64,000 nt of DNA, taken from assembly GCA_035221665.1 (NCBI GenBank), contig CM069155.1, positions 29,946,001 through 30,010,000 on the forward strand, given 5' to 3'. Below, piece by piece: positions 53,436 through 64,000 of the stretch. The notes under the pieces were generated by a model that saw only the letters and a program-made list of their open reading frames with translations, was not told the origin of the DNA and made no database searches. This DNA comes from Okamejei kenojei. Taxonomy: Eukaryota. Numbering within the stretch: position 1 is the stretch's first letter; each line of letters begins with the position of its first letter. The position numbers were made by a program, and so were the translations under genes.

Positions 53436-53690
53436 TTGTTTTAGAGATACAGCACGGAAACAGGCCCTTCGGCCCACTGAGTCTGCACAGACCAGCGATC
53501 CCCGCCCAGTAACACTATCCTATACACACTAGGGACAATTTACCCTTATACCAAGCCAATTAACCTACAAACCTGTACTTTAGAGTGTGGGAGGAAACCA
53601 AAGATCTCGAAGCAAACCCACGCCAAGAACGTACACCTATAGTCAGGATTGAACTTGGGTCTCCAGTCTCTGTGCCACCGTGCCGCCCTA
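53436..53690 (-). mobile_element. HE1-type V-SINE
   Basis: Reverse complement of the 2332-2565 type, plus tRNA-like head. Confidence 0.85.
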
Positions 53691-53924
53691 CTTCATTATA
53701 ATCATTTTTACAATGAACCCTGAATGTTTAAAGGACCTCGGATTAAAAGGCCAGGTCAAGTTAAAGCGAGAGCAGGAACTAAGACCTATGCGAATTGAGA
53801 GGACGCATGGGAAGCATCACTTGGTGAACCAAATACCAAAAATCTGGGGTTTCAAACAGTGGGGTAGCAGATTTTTGGGATTCTTTTGTATATATATTTG
53901 GATAACCAGCATTATGGTATGTTA

Positions 53925-54090
53925 ATAGAACTGTCTTTTAAATGCAATTGATGGTAATACGTATAAAAGTGAAGATGTTCGCGTTGTCATAAGAGAACAC
54001 AGGTTCATAATACTGTATCAGCATTGTTTTAGGACAATTTGAACAATCTTTACACTTATTGCCATCAATTGCATTAAAAGATATTTTATC
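53925..54090. repeat. Imperfect long palindrome (old fold-back MITE)
   Basis: tctttaaatgcaattgatggtaata pairs with tattgccatcaattgcattaaaaga; inner arms also pair. Confidence 0.75.
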
Positions 54091-54733
54091 ACGACTTTTC
54101 TGTACTTGAATTCAAATACGTATTATAGTGTGGAGTGAGAATCTCCAATGTCACTAAAATCAATTGAGATTTAACTTTGTACTCTCCAGCTCTCTCATCC
54201 CTGTTCCATCCCAATCAACACATTGGATTAAAGCTCACATCAACTCCATCTACCTGCCACTGTTATTCACCACTACCCTGACCCATCAAAACATAGCAAT
54301 CCCAGTCTCCTTTAAACATTGCCCCTCTCAACTTTAATCTATGCCCTCCAGTCTTTGACATTTCCACACTGGCAAAAAGGTTCTGTATGTCTCTAATCAC
54401 CTAGTGTGCACGCCGACCATTGACCATTGATCACCCGTTAACATTAGCTATCACACTACACACTAGGGGCAATTTACAGAGACTAATTACCCTACCAATC
54501 AGCACGTCTTTAGGATGTGGGAAGAAACTGGAGCACCCGGAGAAAATCCACAAGGTCACAAGGCGAACGTCACACAGACGGCACCGGAGGTTATGATCGA
54601 TCCTGGGTCTCTGGCTCTGTGAGACAGCAGATCTACTGCCGCACACTGTGCTGCCCAAGCTTTCACCAAAAATAATCCTGAGAAAAATAAGTGTTCCATT
54701 TAGCATTTAACATGTTTTCTTCAGAATTCTCAC

Positions 54734-54901
54734 CTTAATTTCTCCAGACTTATATTTTTCCCATTCCCTGCAATTTTTGTAATCTGTTTTCCACTGCTTA
54801 CATGAGGGGAACTCTCCATAGGTGTAGTAATGGTGGAAGCGATTCCTCAGACTCCGACAATGCTTCCATTCACTCCAATAATCATCACATATCCGAGGAG
54901 G
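54734..54901 (-). CDS. C22orf39: C22orf39 orthologue exon 2 (PPRICDDYWSEWKHCRSLRNRFHHYYTYGEFPSCKQWKTDYKNCREWEKYKSGEIK)
   Basis: UPF0545 Cys/Trp pattern in ORF 54707..54925; CAG acceptor and GTGAG donor; 168 bp. Confidence 0.93.
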
Positions 54902-56849
54902 CTGTAATATGATTGTCAATGCCATGTTAGAGCCAGCTGACAGAAGACAAATGTTCTTAAAATATCTTATAGTAAGAATCCTGACAAGTACTGTTTGACC
55001 TTTTTATTATTTAAGCCCAGGAATGAGCATCAGCCATAACCATCATTCAGTGCCCACTTCTATGTGAGGTGGTTACATTGTGTTGACTTGCTACACTGCT
55101 GCATTATGTGGTGAAGGACTTTCAACAGTCCTGTTAATTGGCAACGATAATTACAGAATTACAATAAAGAAACAAAAATATTTCCACCAGATTGATATGT
55201 TACTTGGAAGTAGGGATGAACCCGTGCCTTTGTTCCACTGGTAAGAATCTAGGCTTCTGGAGTTCAACGCTCCTGTGCATGGTCTGAACTAAGATGCACA
55301 ATGCTGAGACTGCCAGAATAGAAGACTACCACATACTGGATGCCAATATAATATCTAAATTGAACCATGTCCTTATTGGCTTTGTGCCTACACGATTGTA
55401 CTGAGAATACACACTATGTGGATGAAGACTACGCTTAGCACATGCCGTGAATTATTAAATACATCTAAAAAGGCATCCAAGTGATACCACATCATGAGAT
55501 TTATATGCAGTTCACTTTTGTAAACATATTGGTCCAAGACAATCATGAGAAACGCTAGCAATTCCACACCAACATTTCTCCATTCGTCCTGTAATTATCA
55601 ACACTGCGGGTCTCCTGTGCAGAAGCTGAAAAGCAGAACTTGCACATGGCACTTTGCTGGCATATTGCCAACTGCACCCCCACTGTTGAATCCAGCGGCA
55701 GAGTGTGATTTCACTGCAATTAGTCTGCACTTACAGTTTAAATCTGGTGCAGAAAAAAGAAGACCCATTATTTTAATGGAGGGAATTAAGTCTAAGTAAT
55801 AAATATTTTACAGCATTTGAAATGTTTATATTTAAAGTGTTTAAATGTTTAATTATGTTTAATGATTTCAATTAATTAAAAAATATATAATTTTAAGTGT
55901 TTAAAAAGCTTCTGACTGCCAGCCAGGGCAGTTACGAAATCAACGAGGCAGTTTGTCAAATAGCTAAGCTTTAGTGTATGGTTCACTCAGCAGTCAGGGT
56001 CAAAGATACCAGAGGAGCTAATATCTTTGGTCAAGTTTTCTCCAACTGCTTTGTGGGCAGGTTCGAATATAAATGCATTGCTCAGAACAAGCTAAATACA
56101 CGCAAAATGTCAAACTGGTAGAAAAGAAAGTGAGGCCTTTTATCGAGCAAGCTGGTGGTGATCACAGGTAGCTCAACGGCCAGAAGTTCCAGCCATTTAA
56201 TGCAGCCTCAACGACATGCATTGCATAGCAAATTCTGGTGCACTGCAATCGAAAATCAATAAACGGTAACTAGTAGAAATTTGAACTAAAAGTGAGGATG
56301 ATGGATGAAGTTCAGCCTGACGAGCAGCGTATTTCCAGCATTTCCTGTTTTCATTCTAGTGTGTTGGCCCAAACACGGGGAGATCTGCACCATTATCAAT
56401 ATCACTTGGTTAATTTGCGCCACTGAATAAACATCAACCTGAAAAGAAACGTGTTCCCTTGCCCCTGCCTCACAAGAAGAAGGGTCTCGACCCGAAGCGT
56501 CTCCCATTCCTTCTATCAAGACATGCTGGCTGTCCCGCTGAGTTACTCCAGCATTTTGTGTCTATTCCCGATTCGAAACGTCTCCTATCCATGTTTTTTC
56601 TCCAGATATGCTGACTGACCTGCAGAGTTACACCAGCAATTTGTGTCTACCTCTTGTTAAAACCCAAAACAGATCAATGTTTTCACCAGACCCGAATCAT
56701 CACCCATCCCTTTTCTCCAGGGATGCTGCCTGTCCCGTTGAGTTACTCCAGCATCGGTGTAAACCAGCATCCTTCCTAGTTCCTACACTTTCCACCAGAG
56801 TGACCTGTCTCTACTGTCGTATTCTGTGATCATGGAGGTATCAGACCAA

Positions 56850-57160
56850 GTGACACGAGTGTAACCGTGCTCCCCCGTGGCAGTGTGACCCTGGAGTTGG
56901 TACTGCAACCTCCCGCAGTCGGGAGCCCGGCCCACACTTACCCTCCACAGATCAACACTCGCCATCCTTGCCCTTCCCGTCTGCACTTCCCCCCCGGACA
57001 TCTGGGTCTGTCAATCACAGCACGTTGCGGAACGACGTCCGAGAGAGGTCCCGCCTCCACGCCGAGACGTCGCTCATTAGCCTATCGTTTACATAACTTG
57101 CATATTCATGAGTGGATCCAGCCAGTCGCTGCAAGAGTGCGGGGAGAGGTTCCCTGCTGA
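56850..57160 (-). promoter_or_regulatory. CpG-rich promoter / first exon region of the C22orf39 orthologue
   Basis: Local CpG enrichment around exon 1 in an otherwise CpG-depleted genome. Confidence 0.6.
56942..56965 (-). CDS. C22orf39: C22orf39 orthologue exon 1 (MASVDLWR); an in-frame upstream ATG lies at 57001
   Basis: aggATGG Kozak context; GTAAGT donor; phase 0; CpG-rich surroundings. Confidence 0.8.
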
Positions 57161-60100
57161 TCCGAAAATAGACGCAAAATGCTGGAGTAACTCAGCGGGA
57201 CAGGCAGCATCTCTGGGGAAAAAACATGGATAGGTGACGTTTCGGATCAGGGTTAGACTCAGCGGGACAGCCAGCATGTCTGGATAGAATGAATGGGTGC
57301 TGTTTCGGGTCGTGACCCTTTTCAGTTTGAGATTCAGGGGAGAGGGAGGCACAGAGATTAAGGAGCAGCGAGAGAGGATGTCGCAGAACTCTTGTCGGAG
57401 GAGCGAACTTCTTCAGAGTAGGCACACCTTGAGGAGATGTTGCAGTGAAAGCACGTTAAAATGTGTAGGAAGGAACTGCAAATGCTGGTTTACACCGAAG
57501 ATAGACACAAATTGCTGGAGTAGCTCTGCGGGACGGGCAGCATCTCTGGATAGAAGAGGTCTGGTGAAGGGTCTCAATGCGAAACATCGCCCATTCCTTC
57601 TACCCAGAGATGCTGCCTGTTCCGCTGCGTTCCTCCAGCATTTTGTGCCTATCGGCGGACAGAGAGGGGCGGATCATTGTTGGTGTTCTCTGCTCTCTAT
57701 ATATTTCAGGATTGTATAGACCAATTCGATACATCTTGAGATTGAGTCTAGTGTTTCCATTTTTTGTACTTTAATAGAGTTTGAGAGGGAGCAGATTGTC
57801 ACTGTTCACATGAGCAAGAACAATCTTTTTAAAGCGGAGATAGACACAAATTGCTGGAGTAACTCAGCGGGTCTGGCAACTTCTTTGGAAAAAAGGAATA
57901 GGTGACATTTCAGGTCAAGACCTTTCTTCAGTGCCAACCTGAAACGTCACCTATTCCTTTTCTCCAAAGATGATGCCTGACCGGCTGAATTACGCCAGCA
58001 TTTTGTTGCTTATCTTCGGTGTAAACCAGCATCTGCAGTTCCTAACTAAATGTTGATTGGCAGCATAAACATGAAATCAGAAAAGTCTATGTGGTCACTT
58101 AAACCCAGTTTCTTTATAATTTATCTTCCCTTTACATTTCTGACCTCCTCAGGACCAGTTCTATCTCATTCCACCCGAGCCTCACATAATCAACTGAAAC
58201 TATGTGTTATCAATTCTTGTGATTCGCTCACAGCCTGTAACTCACTCCTGAGTTTTGTTTTAAAGATATAACATAGAAACAAGCCCTTCAGCTCACCACT
58301 TCTACGCCAACCATCAATCACCCATTCTCACTACTGTCTGAACAAGGGTTCCGACCTGGAACGTCACCCATCCTTTTTCTCCAGAGATGCTGCCTGACCC
58401 ACTGAGTCACTCCCGCAATTTGTCTATCACACATTCTCACTAGTACTGGATTAGTTTCTCATCCAGTCTTTGCACATTAGGAGCCATATACGGAGTGTCA
58501 ATTCACCTACAAACATGAGTGTCTTTGGAATGTGAAAGAAAACCGGAGTGCACATAGGAAACCCGCACAGTAACAGGGAGAACATGCAAACTACACACAT
58601 GAACCCGGTTCTCTGGCGCTGTGAAGCAGGTGTTCCACCAAATGCATTACTGCCCCCCTGCCCGATTAAGTATCATTGTATATATAACTCTACCAAATCC
58701 CTGCATCAGATGTGGAACATACTCACCCATGGCTGAGACCTTCTGTGATCTCTCAGTACAAGACAGCACTGCATCAAACAATTCTCTAACATGTTTGTTT
58801 GTGTGGGCCTCTTCAATGTCTCCTATATTTCCACTTTAACATTAGCAGTAATCTGACAAAGTGATTAGTCTCACCACTTTTGTAACTGCACTAATATGTC
58901 CTCATGTGGCTCAACTTCAATTTTTTTTGGTAACAATAATGCAGAGTGCCCTGATATATTTTGCTAAATCACATGATAGTTGCTATTGTTCTTGGTTCAA
59001 GGTCTTTTCTGCTGTAACTCTCCCACAGCAATCAAAGGAACTTCACTTCAAAACCTGTGCCATGGTTACATTTTGCCCATAATGCCTTCCAGGAAATGTT
59101 AAATCTAATTTAATAGTTCCACTATTCCAAAGAGTTGGAAAATCCTAATTTACTTCTCACACTCCATTCCTTCTGCAAACTTAATCTGTTAAAAGTGTAC
59201 GATTGGCATTACCAAAGCACCATTTAATTAATCTAAGGTCCCCTCCCACTTCTTCCAACTTCAGGACTTTAGGATTTAGGCTTCCTTTGAAATATTTCTC
59301 TTGATAAATGAAGAATTTCTTCTCCTACTCAATGCCTAATCCAGTGGAGTATAAAGGCTACCCACAGGGTGCTCTGGCTCCACAGCTGAGTCTTTCTTCA
59401 AGTACACATTGGCAAGGGGATAACTTTGCTGCATTGCTAAAACCTGAAATTATTCCAAGAAGTACCTTTGATTATTGCGGCTTGTGGCATTCCAGATGTG
59501 GGCAATGTTACAAAGGAAATAGTACAATGAATAACAGACCCACCTTCCCTTTCCTGAATACGGCCTTGCAGTGAATGAGGTTGGTGTTGCAAAGCAACAT
59601 CACAGCAGGATATCGTCTCCATTAAATTTCCTGTATTTAAGTGACCGACTGTCATATTGCAGTAACATTTCACCTTCTCATCGAAAATCCCGTTAATTTG
59701 ATCAACATTTAGGTCACCTAAAAATGGTATAATCTAACCATGTAATTCTTAGAAATTTCGTTGTGACAGACATACAGTCAGGAAATGTGGGTTTCAAATG
59801 CTTCATTTCTACTAAGCTGAGTTTTCTGTTTGTAAGAAGCCAACAAGGTAAAGAGGAGAAACAAGAGACTGTAGATGCTGAAACTTTTAGCAAAACAACA
59901 AACCACTGGAGGAACTCAGCAAGCCAGGAAGTGCTGTGGAGAGAAGTGGATGGATGACATTTCGGATCAGGACACTTTTTCAGATTGAGAAATTAGTCTG
60001 AAGAAGGGTCCCAATCTGAAATGTCCTCTGTCCATTTCCCTCCACAAATGCTGCCTGACTTGCTGAGTTCCTCCAGCAGTTAGTTCAATTCCATTTTCAT

Positions 60101-60727
60101 ACTTATATTACATCACTTATAACAAGTAGTTGCATTTAAATTGGCTCCTATGTTACCAAGAAGCAGCGGTCCAATGGACTAGAAACTTCAAAAACCCTTA
60201 GGAAAACTGTAGTAAGTACCTCAGGTTGAAGAAATAAAGAAGCTTGACGCAGGTGGTTTTGCTAACATTAAATCAAAGGTGAAGAAGGTGGAAAAGTTCA
60301 CACTATTGTGACTGAATATACACTACAGCAGCCCAATAGGAATCCTTCATTCCATTCATCATTACAATAAAGGTGCTCAACTCAGCTCACCAACAACTGT
60401 CTTTCTATCTTTCGATCCATGCCCAATGCACCAGGAGTTCACAGGGACTCTCTTCCCAAATGGGTTGAACTCATATGCCACTTCCAAAATTCCAATGCAC
60501 AAAGGGCACTGGCCATACTGTATTTACATTACTTCTAGTTTAATAAAATTATGCAATATAGGAACTTCTCATTAGAGTATGCACCTACTCTACTCCAACC
60601 AACTGTGGGTAGAAAGGGAATCAATTAACAAAAGGTTAAATTCTCAAGTTTCTAAGTTATGAGCCATAAATATTATGGATGAAGGCAGTAAATGGCTACG
60701 GTTCCAATTTCAGGTATTCATGGTGGT

Positions 60728-61115
60728 GATAGACACAAAATGCTGGAGTAACTCAGCGGGACAGGCAGCATCCCTGGAGAGAAGTAATGGTTGACGTTTC
60801 GGGTCGAGACCTTTCTTCAGACCGAACAAAGTCACGGGAAAGGGAAAAAAGAGATATAGACGATGATAGAGAGAGATATGGAGCAAATGAATGAAAATAT
60901 GCAAAACGGTATCAATGATAAAGGTAACAGGCTAGGTGAGAACGAAAGCTAATGTAACTTGGGTGGGGGAGGGATGGAGAGAGAGGGATTGCAGGGGTTA
61001 CTTGAAGTTAGAGAAATCAATTCTCATTCCCCTGGGTTGTAAGCTGCCCAAGCAAAATATGAAATGTTGTTCCTCTAATTTGAATTTAGCCTCACTCTGA
61101 CAATGGAAGAGGCCA
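60728..61115 (-). mobile_element. Penelope 3' fragment (end of endonuclease plus terminal repeat)
   Basis: Colinear with 28745-29190, including the hammerhead-like core at about 60793-60820. Confidence 0.85.
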
Positions 61116-63257
61116 TTGGCGGTGAAGTCACTTATACATCAGTACCTTTGAAGACTGATTCTATGATCTTCAATGGGCAAGTATAGGTAAAGAGTGCCAG
61201 CTGATAGTCCTTCCTCTGGAAATAATTATTGCCTTTTTTTCACGCGTTCTATTGATTATTTCCAGCTGTTCACCCATTGTTTTTTGCTTTATGCTGCTTC
61301 CAGTAATCGATAGCAGCTTCACCTCAAGTAGTAGTCTGCATCCTGGTGGCTGGCTGCAGAATTTTCACTGGTTAGTAGTATGGCATCTGAAGTACAGTAA
61401 ACTTCTGAAGTTTAATGCATATGATGTTATTTTATGAGATAAAGTTTGATAAAATCCACTTAATAATTGATACTTATTATGTTGGCGATAATGAATACTT
61501 CTTCAATGTCTCACAGAATTGGAGTTATTGCACTCCATTAATACAATTCTGTTGACCTGGAGAATTATAAATTTCATTTCTAGCACAGTTAATGTTCTTT
61601 TCTCTGGGGAGAAATTAATCTTAAATTACCAAAGATTCACCAAGCTGGCATTGTTTGAAAGATAGATATTAGGTTATACAATTATAGTAGACATAACATT
61701 GTTCTAACCTAATCTTGTGTTGCAGCTATGCTAAAAAAAAAACAGCCATAATCTGTTGTACCATGGCTGCCTCAATCATACAAAGTATAAAGAATTAATT
61801 ATATGAATCAATGAATCTTTGTGAAAGAAAACCTGACAAGATCAAAAATGAGCATGAATGAAGGAGAATTCTTTGAGTGTTCTGATGTACAACAAAGTGT
61901 TGAATTTGTAGCCAGCCGCTGTGGTAAATAAATCACATGATTGTCCTGCACCCATTGTTTATTGTCTATTGTATTTTCACATCAATTGATAGGTGTGGCT
62001 TGTGATCAACTCAATTTAAACATTTAAAAATATGAAGCCAAAATCCAACTTGCATTGAACACGACAACTTCTGCTTTTCACACCGGCAGGATAAGGAGTA
62101 GGCAACCAAATTACTGTAATGAGACTGCATGTTTTCATTTTCACTGTTATTAAACAATTTGGGAACCCCACACTTCCAGATTTCTCAATGCCGAAACCAG
62201 ACCACTACAGTATGGCATGTGCCACCTTGCTAAAACCTATGCAACTGTTCAATATCTTTTCTATTTTCAAGCATTGTCCTTATCCAGATGTTGACAGTTT
62301 GGCCAACTTGTAGGTCTTCATGTTGGTTGTTGCCAGATATGAGTTGTTTTTTACAGCAGACCATTCACTATGGAAACAAGTTTACTGCCATACTTTGATA
62401 CACTTATCTTATTTGTCTTAATGATAATTATGTACATGCCCCATTGTACGTACCAAATACATCAATCCAGTCTTCGTGATGTTGCATTAAGTTGTAGGCT
62501 ATATGTTCATGCTCAACGATACAGAATTTTACAACTATGATTCTATTATACATGAAAAGAACAGATTCAAATCAAAATCAAAATAAAATGTAACAGACTG
62601 CAAATGGATCATTGACAAAACAGAGCATCCTGGGTTGTATGTTACAAGGATCAATAATCTATTGGGTCTCTTACACCCAAGAGATGCCACAAAGATAATG
62701 ACAGTAGAGTGACCCAATTCTGCAGAAAGGACAATCATGAGATCAGGGTAATTTGATGTTCTCTTACCCTTGCAATGAGGCTGTAACCCTTTAACAGCAT
62801 CTAAAAATAGATGGTACAGAACGGAGACGAAACAACCTCTTAAAATGTTGTCTCTGTTTTGCTAATGGTGATTCACAAAGAATCTTAATGATTAATATCT
62901 TCACTCATTTTGCTGCATAGTTAACATAATTCCCATTTAAAAAATTACAATGAGGATCTTCATCCCAAAACAGCCAGACATAAAAACAGTTTTTATCCAC
63001 GAGTAGTTGCTCTACTCAACAGCCAAAAATCTGTCGCCTTCCTTTGATCTGGTATTTTGTTGGTTCACGTGCTTGATCAATGGTGTTTTATCATTAATGT
63101 TTTATTATTAATGTTTAGTGTTTTTGGAGTCATTCGTAACTGTCACTGTATGTCATGTTGCTCCTTGTGGGCGGAATCCCAAGGCAAATTCCTTGTATGT
63201 GAATACTTGTGATACGTTTACTTACTTACTTAGTTATTTGAATAGTTAACAACATTG

Positions 63258-63545
63258 AGCGGCACAGTGGCACAGCGGGTAGAGGTGCTGTTCACAGAGC
63301 CAGATCCCTGGTTTGATCCTGACATCAGATGCTGTCTGTGAGGAGTTTGCACATTCCTCCCACATCCAAAAGACATATGGGTTTATTGGTTTATTGGACT
63401 CTGTGAAATTGTACCCCAGTGTATGGATAGTGGTCATAAAAGTGAGATAACATATAGCTAGTGTAAACTGGTGATCGATGGTCAGCATGAACTCAGTGGA
63501 CTGAGGGGGTTGTATCTATGCTTTATCTCTAAAAATAAACTAAAT
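63258..63545 (+). mobile_element. HE1-type V-SINE with tRNA head. Older copies at about 49455-49740 (+), 54410-54657 (-) and 58270-58660 (-)
   Basis: A-box-like gtggcacagcgggtagag; B-box-like ggtttgatcct; CR1-like tail. Confidence 0.8.
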
Positions 63546-64000
63546 AATGTCACATATAAGGATGCTTGGTACAAAGTGAAGAGGTGGGGTATTTTAAATT
63601 TTGCTGAGAGAACTTCATTACTGTTTCATTAAAAATGATCTGCACAAATTGAAACAAATAAGTTCATTTACCATGAATAGTTCAGAGTCAGAGCTGGTAA
63701 GTATAATAATGTATGATCAATTTAGGAACCGGTGTAGTCTGAGGGCATACCTGCATTAGGACTAGGAAAGAAGGGTTTGGATTTACAGTATGTGGCACCT
63801 TTCATGATCTTGAGCCATTTACATAAATCCTTTCAGCTATGGTGAAAGATTTTCTCTCTATATTGTTTGCAGAGTGGCGCCAGCAATGGCTGCCTTGTCA
63901 ACAGTCTGTCTATCCCTTCCTTCTTTTAGATAGTTAGATAGTTAAACAGTTAGATAGGTACATGGATAGAACAGGTTTGGAAGAATATGGACCAAACGCT

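Larger units (their letters stand above)
56475..58045. repeat. Dense cluster of Penelope-end repeat fragments on both sides of C22orf39 exon 1
   Basis: Tandem fragments at 56475-56780; opposite and mixed orientations at 57160-57650 and 57837-58045. Confidence 0.8.

Noticed and set aside
56475-57650. Recurrent spaced repeats superficially like a CRISPR array
   Set aside because: Eukaryotic DNA, irregular spacing, mixed orientation; these are fragments of the Penelope-end repeat
63258-63330. tRNA-like A/B boxes
   Set aside because: Head of an HE1-type SINE, not a tRNA gene; no full cloverleaf
57700-64000. Expected UFD1 last exons
   Set aside because: No FSGEGQSLRKKG-like coding sequence found by eye; probably beyond the window

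Overview
Eukaryotic, intron-rich vertebrate DNA, most likely a cartilaginous fish (skate/ray-like), inferred from its HE1-type SINE, CR1 and Penelope repeats. The window carries three genes of the block syntenic to human 22q11.21. HIRA (- strand) has coding exons 1-13 from 43075 down to 4975, covering the WD40 repeats and the ASF1-binding B-domain; the rest of the gene lies left of the window. MRPL40 (+, 4 coding exons, about 194 aa) is head-to-head with HIRA. The C22orf39/UPF0545 orthologue (-, 3 coding exons, about 104 aa) is convergent with MRPL40. All exons were delimited by hand with GT-AG sites and consistent phases. Introns contain two young, near-identical CR1 LINE copies, a Tx1-like LINE with a 9-bp TSD, a Rex1/Babar fragment, a Penelope element with a GIY-YIG endonuclease, V-SINEs and MITEs. 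The most interesting signal is a short dispersed repeat (about 20 or more copies) matching the 3' end of the Penelope element. It carries a minimal hammerhead-ribozyme core (CUGAAGA-A-GGGUCUCGACCC-GAAA-CG-UC), often occurs as fold-back dimers, and once lies inside a nested TIR element. Most ORFs in the supplied track are spurious.
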